Assembly: GCA_002104905.1 (NCBI GenBank)
Contig: MCFE01000115.1
Span: 62,001 to 126,000 of the forward strand
Source of the DNA: Basidiobolus meristosporus CBS 931.73
Taxonomy: Eukaryota > Fungi > Basidiobolomycota
Reading direction: 5' to 3'
DNA length: 64,000 nt
The notes under the pieces were generated by a model, which did no database searches, was not told the DNA's origin, and saw only the letters and a list, made by a program, of their open reading frames with translations. The first letter of the stretch is position 1, and every line of letters begins with the position of its first letter. A program made the translations under genes and the position numbers. Below, piece by piece: positions 1 to 11,438 of this stretch.

Positions 1-106
1 GTTGTTTTGACTTTGGAAGCTTTAGTACATTGTCATCTCAAAGGACGCTGAACCTAGCCCATACTTTTGTGAAGATGCCAACTAAGTTAGGGATTGTAGC
101 TCAATA
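1..106 (+). repeat. Fragment of a Gypsy-B-family LTR (U5 part)
   Basis: Reverse complement of 27719-27824, which lies inside the solo LTR at 27546-28619. Confidence 0.6.
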
Positions 107-142
107 CTTTGGTTACAAATAACTGTTCATTAGTAGTTATAT

Positions 143-698
143 GGACCTTTTTTTTGGATCAATGTTGTGCATGATGAGTAAGGGCACAAAAGGATTGAAG
201 ATGTGCACCTGGTACTCAATACCCATGGCACTCTGAATCTAGCTCCTGTGGCTTGCATCATCTCACAAAGATGCGTGGCACTATCTTGATTCACTGGTAC
301 TATCTGGCACTTAAAGTGCTTTGTATAGGTCTTACTTTAGGGCAAAGATTTTAATATAGTGCCTGATAGTACCAGTGGACCAAGGTAGTGCCATGCATTT
401 TTGTGACATAATGCAACCTACAGGAGCTAGATTCAGAGTACCATGGGTATTGAGTACCAGGTGCACATCTTCAGTCCTTTTGTGCTCTTACACATCATGC
501 ACAACATTGATCCAAAGAAAAGGTCAAAAAATTGATTTTCTCCAGTTTAATGGGTGAAACATAGGGCTGCTTTGCATGAAGATGCAGAACTATGTTTCAC
601 ACTCTGTGGCCAAGTATAGACTTACTTGGCCTCCCTGGCACACTATAGCATCATTTGGCACTGATGGCTCAATGTGGCACCATCCATGGGAACAAGTC
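143..698. mobile_element. Foldback MITE copy 1 (left arm truncated)
   Basis: Inverted arms ~143-311 and 358-698 around a 46-nt spacer. The right end GGAACAAGTC is followed by TA (699-700). Homologous to 25758-26485. Inserted at a TA inside copia RT sequence. Confidence 0.85.
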
Positions 699-700
699 TA

Positions 701-2027
701 TTAAGTTAATGCATTAAACTTGGCTAGTGGTGGAAAGGTCTCAGTATAGTCTTGTCCTTTTGTCTGAGAGTATCCTTTGGCTATAATTATTTCTTTGTTT
801 CTTTCACTTGTACCATCTGCCTGTTATCTTGTTGTAGACACATCTACATTCAGTCAATTTTTAGTTGATTAGTAACTTCACCAAGTCCCAAGTTTTGTTA
901 TCAATCATGGCCTAATACTCCTCAGTCATTTCAGCTCCCCAAGACTTTGTCTGTGGGCTGATCAGAGCCTCTTTTACAGTCTGAGCACATTAATATGCAC
1001 TGAATGCATAGGCTCAGTTTGTACCCTCATTATTATAGTAATCTGGGCAATTTCTGGTATAGTGGGATATCCTGTCTTGTAGTGCCAGAATGATAACTTC
1101 TGGGATATGCCTGGGTGCTTAATCATGCTGTGCCATGATTGTAGAGTCCTCTGCAGGTTCAATATCTTCACTGTTGTGATCTGATGCAACTTTGACAGGT
1201 GGTGGACTTACTATCAGATTTTCATCTTTTTCTGATGTCATTTTTAGTGAAAACTTCAATTCTTATAAAACAACCCATCCCAGGACTTAATCAGCTTCTT
1301 TGCTATGATGTTGCTTACTCTCATTGCAATAGATCATAATATTCATTTTACAAATTTTGGTTCATATCTCCTATGAATTCTGGGCATCTTCTTGACATAT
1401 GCTTCACACCCAGATAATCTTAGATGCGCTGTACTTGAACTGTTTCCATACCATGCCTCACTAGAGTAGAATCACTAAGTATTCTGCTATTACTGCTACT
1501 TTTGAGTTATACAGCTGTAGCAACTGATTCCCCCAAAAAATGATAGGATAATTTAAATCATGGATCATTGCTCTTGCCATATAAATGATGGATCTGTTTG
1601 CACATTCTGACACTCCATTTCACTGTGGAGAGTATGATATAATGTCTCTTGCTCTATTTCATGAATCTTGTGGAAGTGAATGAATAGATTTGAGGTACAT
1701 TTTTCACCATTGTCTGTGCATATTTTCTTGTTTTTTCACCAGTCTCTCTCTCCATCATGGCTATTAGCTCCTGAGCTTAGAGAGTGCCTCTTCCTTTCTG
1801 TCCATGCTGTAGACCAATGTGTATCTTATATAATCATCAATAAAAGGGATCAAGTACTTGATTGCACCTAGCAATATATTTTACATAGGTCCACATCAAT
1901 TGCAGTGAATCAGATCCAATTGTTTGTAAGCTTTGTTTAGCCCATAACTCTTGAGCAGTTGTCTAGCATTTTTCCTATATGTGCAGGCTTTGCAGTGCTC
2001 CAAATTAGCGGAGAGATCAATTTTTAC
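701..2027 (-). mobile_element. Degenerate Ty1/copia internal fragment (GAG-pre-integrase, integrase, start of RT)
   Basis: The reverse complement aligns with Copia-1 ~8450-9810 (HCEAC, LDLIHSD, FIDDY and DYTETFAP regions) with many stops. Confidence 0.85.
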
Positions 2028-2034
2028 CATGGAT

Positions 2035-3420
2035 ATTAGAAGTTGGGAAGAGTTGGAAAATACTGAGCATAGATGTGCAAATGGACATATCCATACCTTT
2101 GGCATTAAGAAGCTAAGCAGCCTCAATATATGGGTAATCAGTTAAGTAATGCAGAGTTGGGTTGGATGCAACAAGCAACTAATCAGTATTAACACAACTT
2201 TACCATAGTATGCTGGGGTTCCATTGGATACAAGCCAATTTCTACACCATCCAATACAGAATTCATACAAGCAAGAAGCAGAGTGTATCTATAGGGGGGA
2301 CTAGAGTCCAGCAGGGAGAAAGAGTATACTGGCTAAATACCAAAAAGCTCTTTGCAGATATTCAGGAGGTATTCAGGGCAAAAGCGGAGGCAACTAGGCA
2401 TATGTCTGCAAGATGTATATGTTACCATCAATACAAGGTGTTTAGCAACTTTGCAAGTGTCACACTGAAAAGCTATAAAGTTGAGGTGATAGAAGCATGT
2501 TAATTGCTGCAGGTGTGCATTAATATAGAGGTTAGTAAGCAGGAGGCCATAGTATATATGATTTGAGCTATATGAGGAATACCTAAAGTAGTAGTGGGAA
2601 AGCAAATACAGAGCAGTGACCCCAGAGTGGAATATATGAATGACACAAGGGGAAGTAGAAAAGGAAATACCATTTGGTTACTTGGTAAAGTAATATTGCA
2701 CAGTACTAACTGTAGGCTGCCATACTACCATTTTAGTACTAGCAGAGGTCTGCAACAAGGCAGTCAGAACACCATCAGATTTCTTGCCATATGAGGCAAC
2801 TGAATGTATTGGCAGGCTAGGTCTGCTCAAATAAATGTAGAGCACATTAAGACCATCAGAATTTCATGCAACTCTTGTCAAAAGGCTGCTGAAGCACTGT
2901 CAAGTTCTTAACTTCATTTGGCACTAAATTTGGCAAAACGCCATTACAATCTTATTATAAGAAAGTGTAGAGGATCAATAATTCCAAGCTTCAGGTGTTA
3001 TGACAGCTTTATTGCAGGACCTTGATGGTTAATCCTGTTGTCAGAGTCTTGGAAATATTGGAAGTGATTGGGCAAACAAGTAGATTATGTGGTTATCACT
3101 TAAAGATTTATAGAATACAAAAGTAGTATTTATAATTTTACATGGTCTTGGCATAACAAACATGTAGAATAGATCAAGGAAGGTCCCAAGAATATGTGTG
3201 CAAAGCTTGGGGCTATTTGGACAAATCTGAGAATATTCATATTTTGGATACCTGATATTTTGGTGAAAATATTCCAAGTAAATCCTCACAAGGAATTTGG
3301 TCAGTATTCTCTAGTATTTGAAGGTAATGATATCAGTGATTAAGTTAGGTGAATATTTAGGTGGAATTACAAATTTTACAACTGATCCAGGTTGGAATCA
3401 CCCATGTGAACAAATTTTTT
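2035..3420 (+). mobile_element. CACTA/EnSpm-like element remnant (transposase C-terminus plus downstream region)
   Basis: Colinear with 28830-29880 (EELENTE..GIKKLSS.N.WVIS; ORF 2210-2503). Interrupted by a solo copia LTR. Confidence 0.7.
3036..3383 (-). mobile_element. Solo copia LTR
   Basis: 348-bp reverse complement of the copia LTR. Flanks AATCC and GATCC give a 4/5 match TSD. The uninterrupted homologous site is at ~29827-29835. Confidence 0.85.
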
Positions 3421-4070
3421 TCATAGGGGTATTAAAGGTCATATTTTCAGTTCTGGACTCTAGGGATGATACAAGGCCCTATAACTTGTCTGTCTGGCTA
3501 TTATAGATGCTAACTATCACATCCCTATCAGTAGTTAGCTTATCAACCAACAGGGTAATTCTGTTACTTATATTTTTCATTTCTTCTTCTAGCAGTATAT
3601 TTGCAGTAAAGAGTTTTCAACCAAGTACACTTTCTTAACAGCTAAACATAATTAGTATGTGTCTTATAATGCCTTCCTGGTATTCATTGTCTTTCTCTCT
3701 TGAGCATTCAATTGGCAATTTGTTTTCAATATAGAGGCAAATACAGTTAAAGGCACTTTATTCTTTCTTCTGGTACTTTAAGACTTCCTCTCCTATGTCT
3801 TAGGGGGATTTTCTTCTCCCATGACAGTATCCCAAAGGCCTCATACCTGTAGCAGCATCTTAATTTGCACCTTCCAGTCTGGATAGTTAGATCCATCCAA
3901 CTTTTCAGCAGAGACAAGAATCCAGTGGTAGCAGTAGCAAACATTGCTGAGTGTGACAGCTGGGGCTCATAACCTGTTGCAAGAGTCTTGGAGATATTGG
4001 TAGTGATTGGAAGAGCAAGTAAATAATAAGGTTCTCACTTAATCATTTGTCAAATTTAAAGGTGGTACTT
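3420..4070 (-). mobile_element. Copia 5' fragment (LTR end, PBS, degenerate gag)
   Basis: LTR 3' end at 3975-~4070, PBS GGTTATGAGCCC at 3963-3974 on the minus strand, then a decayed AEKLDGSNY-type gag start. Confidence 0.8.
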
Positions 4071-4079
4071 TGACTTAAG

Positions 4080-4846
4080 ATCTGCCCAAACACCATCAAG
4101 TTTACTTATATGCTTAGCATCAAAACCAGCCAAACACTGCTACAATCCCATCATAAGATTTTAAAGATGGTCAATAATTACAAGCTGTCAGCATTATGAC
4201 AGCCTCATTGTAGGATCTTGACAGCTGATCTGCTTTAGATCCACCCACAGGACCAAGTTACTTCTCATAGGGTAAGCTGACAAACAGCAGAGACAAGCAC
4301 CTCCACTACAACTGCCTCCATATCTTTCATTGTTAACAGAGTAGAGATCCTATCAGTGAGCAAAGCAGCAAGATTATGATCTCATCATTTTACTAAACTG
4401 AACAGAATAGAATCCTGGAACAGTAATATACATACCAAGAGATTCTTCCAGTATTTATGGTATAGACTGGAGAGCAAGGTGCTAGGGCTTGCTCTAGCAG
4501 CCACTGACCAGGATGTATGGTAGCTGAAGACCCACCAGTGGAATATAGCAGCCTTGCTTATGTAGATGGGATGGAAGAAGGAGCTGACAGCAAAACATGC
4601 AATTAATAGCTAATGGAGTTACTTGTCAAGTGTGGGCTGGGGCAACCTATGTATAGGGGGTGGGGACCATCCCCTATGAGAAGTTACTGAGATGATCCCA
4701 TCAGGAGGCCATTGCAAAGTTAAAGTCCCATGACTAAGAGATACTGATCCTGTCAAGACACTGTCCAGAGACAGTTGAAAAATAATTGCACCCCAGATTT
4801 CACAAAAAACTTAGTCAAAATTTTTCATCAAAATGATGTACAAGTG
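4080..4846 (+). mobile_element. CACTA-associated remnant (downstream region plus C-terminus of accessory ORF X)
   Basis: 4190-4280 matches 29790-29870. 4290-4660 translates to HTKR..QY / KVLGLA / LMELLVKCG, as in minus-strand ORF 5038-5382. Ends in a possible CACTTG-type terminus at 4838-4846. Confidence 0.6.
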
Positions 4847-5037
4847 GCTTTTGATTGGTTCCCTGCCAATTTGCTCACTTTCTGATCCTGGACACTCTAT
4901 TGCTTCCTATGTTTGTGTGCATTGATTGCTATTGCCTCTTTTTCACACTCCTTACTTGCTGACTCAACCATTTCTCTTACATTTCATGCGCACAAATTGA
5001 TTTATTTCCATTGAAACTTCAGTTGTACCTCAATTGA

Positions 5038-6904
5038 CTATTGTATTGACCTATACAAGTCCCTACACCCTACACTAACATTAAGCCCAACCCCACACTT
5101 AACAAGTAACTCCATTAAAATCCACCACTCAATAAGTACTTCTGCTGTAACGCTCTGGTTCCACAACTGTGGATGCAACCCAATGGCTTTATGCCATTGT
5201 TCATTCACTGGTTCCCACATATCCTGGTTTTTAGCCGGAGCTGCAAGGTCTAGCACCTCATCTGCCAGTCTTTGCAATAAATCCCTGCAACATTCCATTG
5301 CGTTTTCTTGAACAGTGCTCTTGAAGAAGTACTGCAACCTCTTGGTGTGCCTATTAATGTCCCAAAATTCCACAAAAGGCATTGTGATAGTCTTTCAAGC
5401 TCTTGATGTTGTACCCTTGTCTGTTAGTGGTATCTCCACTCTGTCAACAATGGAAAATGTGGAGGCTGTGGTAGATAAATTGCCTTTTTCTGCAAACTCA
5501 TCTACCTTGCTGGAGTGTAGCTCAACTGGCTGCACTTCCGACTCATGTGAAAACAGCTGTTTTTGTGTTGGTAATTCTTCTTGGCTATGATGGGATACAG
5601 TCTGTTTCAGGCTTGCAACATTAATTGGCAAGAGCTGCATTTTTTTTGCATGCCTCCCTGTATCAGGCTTAGGTGGACATTTTTCCCTTTACCTTTTCCT
5701 TTATCACTGCCAGGTCTTTCACTGCTACTTTATCTGAATGCTTCTTGTAAAGAACTACATTTTCTGCTGGATAAATTCTGCTCTGACTCATCTGTTTTGG
5801 CCTGCTTATCCCTTACTGACACTCTTCTGGCAACCTGATGTTTCTCTTCAACTTGTTTTGAGCTCTCAACCATAGTTGTGATGGGCTCCTGTAAAAGTGG
5901 CTGGTTTTTATCACTGCAGGTCCTTGACTGCTACTTTTACTGGGTGCTTCTTGAGTGGTACTACGCTTTTTCCTTAATAAATGTTGTGCTGGTGCATCTG
6001 TGTCTGCCTGCTTGTCCCTAATTGGCACTCTTCCATGTATCTGAACATATCTTAAATGCTTGTCTGGGGCTTTTAGCCCTGCTTGTAACAAGCACTTGAG
6101 GAAGCCGCTGGCTTTTGGCCATGGTGCCCTTGTTCTTCTGCCTTTGATAGTTTCTGCTATTCTTAAGATACTTTCTTAGTATATCAATGCTGGCCCAAAA
6201 TCTGTTTGCCTGTTTCAATCCAGGATAATGCTCATGGAACAAGTCAAGTGCATTCTGCTTGGCCTTGAGTTCCTGATGGTCCCATTGAATGCTGGCCTTA
6301 AGGTGATGGTGTGCTAGACTTCAGACAGCCTTTTGTAAATTAGCCCACTTTTCATTATTGCACTCAACAGCTTCACTGATCTTCTATGTCTTTTGATGTT
6401 TATACTTTGTATAAACACCACATTGTCTCCCTCCCACGCTGTGATAGGTTTTTCTGTGAGCTTTATCATTGGGCACTGTTGTTGTGCTTCAAAGACTGTA
6501 CAGCATTCCTCTGCTGTTACATCAGAAAATGGCTCAATTCTTGGCTGTGACATTGAGCTACTTGAGTTCCTTCTTTGCAGCAAGGATACTGCTTTCTCTA
6601 CCTGGGCTATTAATTGCTCTACATGTATTATCTGCTCATCCTGTTTCTGGACTATTTTCTGATTTCTCTGGGCCATTGCATCTATCCTATCAGCCACTGC
6701 ACCTAATTGGGTGATAAATGCTCTTGTATGAGCTGAAAACATACCTGCTAATGTAGGTGGTGGTGATGTTAACATGGCCACTTGCTGATCTTAAACTGAG
6801 GGTACCACTTTTGCTATATACTCATCTGCCTGAGCATAACAGTCAGCTTGTGGCTCCGCACAGGTTCTCAATTGCCTACTTGACTGAGAGCCTGAGGAGT
6901 CCAT
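5038..6904 (-). pseudogene. Transposon accessory ORF X (~620 codons, broken): N-terminal coiled coil, helical W..K..P.L...WA domain, basic repeats
   Basis: ORFs 6314-6781, 6018-6242, 5813-6091, 5395-5640 and 5038-5382 are collinear pieces. Homologous fragments lie at 4290-4660 and 35330-35470, in both cases downstream of CACTA transposase remnants. Confidence 0.55.
5701..6032. repeat. Diverged tandem duplication (~207-bp period) inside ORF X
   Basis: TTATCACTGC(C)AGGTC...CACTCTTC occurs at 5701-5827 and again at ~5908-6032. Confidence 0.7.
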
Positions 6905-7106
6905 ATTATTACCTTCAGTGGGCAAACTGCCCCAGACTTTGCACACATGTTCTTGGATCCTTTCTTAACCTACTCTATGTGATTTTAATGCCAAGACCAG
7001 GCAAAAGTATAATTACTACTTTTACATTCAATCAATCATTAAGTGAAAACCACATAATCTACTTGTTCTCCCAATCACTTCCAATATCTCCAAGACTCTT
7101 ACAACA

Positions 7107-7118
7107 GGTTATGAGCCC
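7107..7118 (+). promoter_or_regulatory. Primer-binding site for a tRNA-iMet half (Ty5/copia type)
   Basis: GGTTATGAGCCC directly abuts the LTR and is complementary to GGGCUCAUAACC of the initiator tRNA anticodon stem-loop. Confidence 0.9.
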
Positions 7119-7137
7119 CAAGCTGTCACTCTCTGCA

Positions 7138-10100
7138 ATGTCTACTACTGCTATTACTGGAATTTTTCCCTCTGCTGAAAAGCTGGATGGATCTAACTAC
7201 CAAGTGTGGAAGGTGAAGATGAAGATGCTGCTACAAGAAAGAGGCCTTTGGGATATTATCATGGAAGAAGAATGCCCTCCTAACAATGTGGGAGAGGAAG
7301 CCTTAAAGTACCAGAAGAAAGAACAAAGTGTCTTTAACTGCATTTGCCTTAATGTCAAGGACAAATTGCTAATTCAATGCTCAAGAGCAAAAACCACAAA
7401 GAATGCCTGGAAAGGATTAGAAGACACCTACCAGTCATGTTCAGCTGCCAAGAAAATGTATCTGAGACAAAAATTCTTTACTACAAAGATGCTACCAGGA
7501 GAAGAAATGAAAAATCTAATTAACAGAATTACCCTGCTGGTAGATGAGATGGAATCTGTGGGCATACCAACTACTGATGAGGATGTGATAGTTACCATCC
7601 TGAATAGCCTGACAGACAAGTTTCAGGGCTTGTATCAGCCCTAGAGTCCAGAACTGAAGATTTGACCTTAAATTACGTGTATGGAAGGCTCCTGGATGGA
7701 GAATTAAGAAAATCAAGCGCCAATAAGAAGGAAGAAGAAAATGCTTTAATAAGCAATGATAACCAACAAAGGAGGTACCCAAGACCCTACAAAGGCAACA
7801 GCAACCTATTTTGCAACTACTGCAAAAGGAAAGGACACACATCAGACCGGTGTCTCAAAAAGAAAGATAATCAGCAAAAGAAGCCTGAATATGGAAATGC
7901 TGCAACAACTGAAGATAGACTATTCATATCTGCACTAAATATGACTACAAACAAAAATTCTCAGACATGGTATAATGACTCTGGAGCATCTCAACACTTT
8001 ACACACCAAAAAGAACTTTTTACCCAATATCAAGAGATTCCAATTAAGAAGGTTTTCATGGGTGACAATAGAGCACATGATGCAGTGGGAGAAGGAACTA
8101 TCCAAGTAAACCTTAGAAGCAGTGAAGAATGCCATACACTGACCTTTAAAGAAGTACTCTACGTACTAGAAATAGCCAAGAACCTACTCTCTGTAAGCTA
8201 GGCCACAGCAGAAGGACTCAGTTTCAGTTTTGACAATTCTGGATGCAGGATCACTGATCAGAGTGGTCCCCATATTGCTTTGGGCATCAGAGATCAGAAT
8301 CTATACAAGTTGACTTATATTCCATCATATCTGGAAGCCAATATAAGTAACTTAAATGAAGAAACATCAATGCCTTGGCACAGGAGATTTGGACACATCA
8401 ATTTTGATTATTTGCGTAAAAAATCAAAGATCAGCTAATTCCTGGAGTAAAAATTGATCCCCCAGCTAATTTGGTGCACTGTGAAGCCTGCATATATGGA
8501 AACAAGCCAGACAACTGTTCAAGAGCTCTGGGTTAATCAAAACTAAGAAAAAGTTAGATCTAATTCACTCAGATTTGTGTGGACCTATGCAAAGTTTATC
8601 CTTAGGCGGGATGAAGTATTTAATCACATTTATTGATGATTATACAAGATACACATGGGTCTACTTCATGGAGAGAAAGGAAGAAGCTTGGTCTAAGTTC
8701 AGGGAGTTGAAAGCCATGGTGGAGAGAGAAACTGGTGAAAAAATCAAGAAAATACACTCTGACAATGGTGGAGAATATAGCTCAAAACCTGTCATCCATT
8801 TCTGTAAAATTCATGGGATAAAGCAAGAGACTACTGTACCATACTCCCCACAGCAAAATGAAGTAGCTGAACAAGCTAACAGATCAATAATTGATATGGC
8901 AAGATCTATAATCCATGATCAAAAATTATCCTATGATTTTTGGGCGGAATCAGTTGCCACTTCTGTATACCTTAAAAATAGGAGTTATAACAGAATACTC
9001 TGTGATTCTACTCCATTTGAAGCATAGTATGGATACAGACCAAGTGCAGAACATGTAAGAATATTTGGGTGTGCAGCATATGCCAAAAAACTGGCCGGAA
9101 ATCAGTCAAAATTTCAGCCAAAAAGTGTAAAATGCATATTTTTGGGCTACTGCAATGAGAGTAAGGTGTACAGACTCTACAATACCAAAGCAAAGAAGCT
9201 GATTAAGTCCAGGGATTTGTTGTTTGATGAAAGTTCAAAATTTTCACAAAAAATGATATCAGAAGATGACAAAAATTTGATCTCAAGTCCACCAATTGTC
9301 AGGATTGAATCAGAGCAAAACAATGGAGATGTTTTCACTCCAGAGGACTCTACAACCGTGGTTCAGCCAGAATCAGTGCCTAGGAATATCCCTGAAGTGA
9401 TCACTCCAGTATCAAGTGCCCAGAGATCCAATTGGACAAGAAATAGCCCAAATTACTATATCAATGAGGGTACAAACTTAGCCTATGCCTACTCAGTCTA
9501 TATTGATGAGCCCCTGACTGTAAAAGAGGCCCCAAATGACCCTCAGACAAAGTTTTGGAGATTTGCAATGACTGAGGAATATCAGGCCCTGATGGAAAAT
9601 CAAACTTGGGACTTAGTCAAATTACCAATCAACCAAAAATCAATTGGATGCAGATGGGTCTTCAAGACAAAATACAAGGCTGATGGTACAATTGAATGAT
9701 ACAAAGCAAGACTTGTGGCCAAAGGATACTCTCAAACAAAAGGACTTGACTATACTGAGACCTTTGCACCGGTAGCCAAGTTTAATTCCATCAGATTAAT
9801 ATTAGCTATTGCTGCCAAATATAAGTTTTTTATTCATCAAATGGATGTAAAAACTGCATTTTTGAATGGAGAACTTGATGAGAGCGTGTATATGGACCAG
9901 CCTGATGGGTTTGTTGACCAAGATAATCCCCATCTGGTCTGCAAGCTTAAAAAGTCATTGTATGGTCTCAAACAATCACCAAGAGCCTGAAATTGCAAGA
10001 TAGATTCTTATTTGGAATCTTTGAGTTTCAAAAGGAGTAATGCTGACTATAGTATATATTATAAGCCAGATAGAGCAAATTCAGCTCTATTAGCTCTATA

Positions 10101-11078
10101 TGTGGATGATCTTATTATAGCCACCAATAACCTAGCAATATTGGAAGAGGCTAAATCCAGCCTATCTAAAGAGTTCAAGATGTCCAATCTAGGAGAACTC
10201 AGTTACTACTTAGGGATTAATTTCTCCATAGACAGAAGTACCCAGACTATCACCCTAAGCCAATCCAAGTATATTCAAGATATACTAAAGAAGTCCAAAT
10301 GGAAGCCTGTAAACCGGCAGTTACCCCAAAGGAGACAAACCTTAACTTGGTCAAAACTCAACCAAATCAAGAGAGCTTGGTGCCATCTGAAAGCCCTGAC
10401 TTTCCTTATCAATCTATGGTCGGCAGTCTGATGTATATCATGCTTGGAACACGTCCAGATATCTCATATTCAGTGGGAGTTGTCAGCCAACATAATCAGA
10501 ACTATGGATCTGTTCATATTGCAGCAGTTAAGCGGATTTTTAGATACCTAAAAGGAACTGCTAATATCTGCTTAAGATACACTTATAAGGATTCAGAACA
10601 GGATCTTGTGGGATACTCTGATGCTGATTGGGGACAAAATTTGGAAGACAGAAGATCCACCACAGGATGCACCTTTCTTTACTGTAAAGGAGCAATTTCA
10701 TGGAATTCAAGAAAGCAACCAACCATAGCACTTTCCACCACAGAGGCAGAGTATATGGCAGCCTGTGAAGCTACAAAAGAAGCAATGTGGTTAAGAAAGC
10801 TCTTTACAGATTTAGGTCTATGTCAAAAAATGCCTATTATTTTATTTCAAGATAATCAAGGATGTATACAATTAGGTAGAAATCCAACTTTTCATGCTAG
10901 AACCAAGCACATAGATATTAGACATCATTTCATATGTGAAGCTATAGAGAATAACTTAGTTAGCCTAGTTTACTGTCCTACAGGTGAAATGATTGCAGAC
11001 ATATTTACCAAACCATTAGCCAGAGACAAGTTTGAATATCTTAGGTCAAAATTAGGACTAGTCAGCATGAACATTTAG
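7138..11078 (+). pseudogene. Copia gag-pol polyprotein, disrupted
   Basis: Gag with CNYCKRKGHTSDRC knuckle, protease DSGAS, integrase (FIDDY, SDNGGEY), RT ([15 protein letters not shown]) and RNase H (YSDADW, TKHIDIRHH). Several stops and frameshifts. Confidence 0.95.
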
Positions 11079-11438
11079 CTGAGTGGGAGTGTTGTAAAAG
11101 TTTGTAACTCCACCTAAATATTCACCTAACTTAGTCACTTAGATCATTACCCTCAAATCCTAGAGAATACTGACCAAGTTCCTTGTTGGGATTTTCTTAG
11201 AATTTTTTCACCAAAATACCAGGTACACATAACATGAAAATTCTCAAAGTTGTCCAAACAGCCCCAAACATTGCACACATGTTCTTGGGACCTTCCTTAG
11301 CCTATTCTATGTGTTTGTAATGCCAAGACCAGGTAAAAGTATAAATACTACTTTTACATTCAATAAATCATCAAGTGAAAACCACATAATCTACTTGCTC
11401 TCCCAATCACTTCCAATATCTCCAAGACTCTTACAACA

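Larger units (their letters stand above)
6924..11438 (+). mobile_element. Copia-1 LTR retrotransposon (5' LTR truncated)
   Basis: 5' LTR remnant 6924-7106, PBS 7107-7118, gag-pol, PPT GAGTGGGAG at 11081-11089, 3' LTR 11090-11438 with TG...CA ends. Confidence 0.95.

Noticed and set aside
4838-4846. Definite CACTA terminal inverted repeat (CACTTGTAC on the minus strand)
   Set aside because: No matching partner end or 3-bp TSD was found in the window, so it is kept only as a weak candidate.
6757-7644. 295-aa ORF as a novel host-gag fusion gene
   Set aside because: It is chance read-through from flank and LTR sequence into copia gag (true start 7138) and ends at a frameshift.
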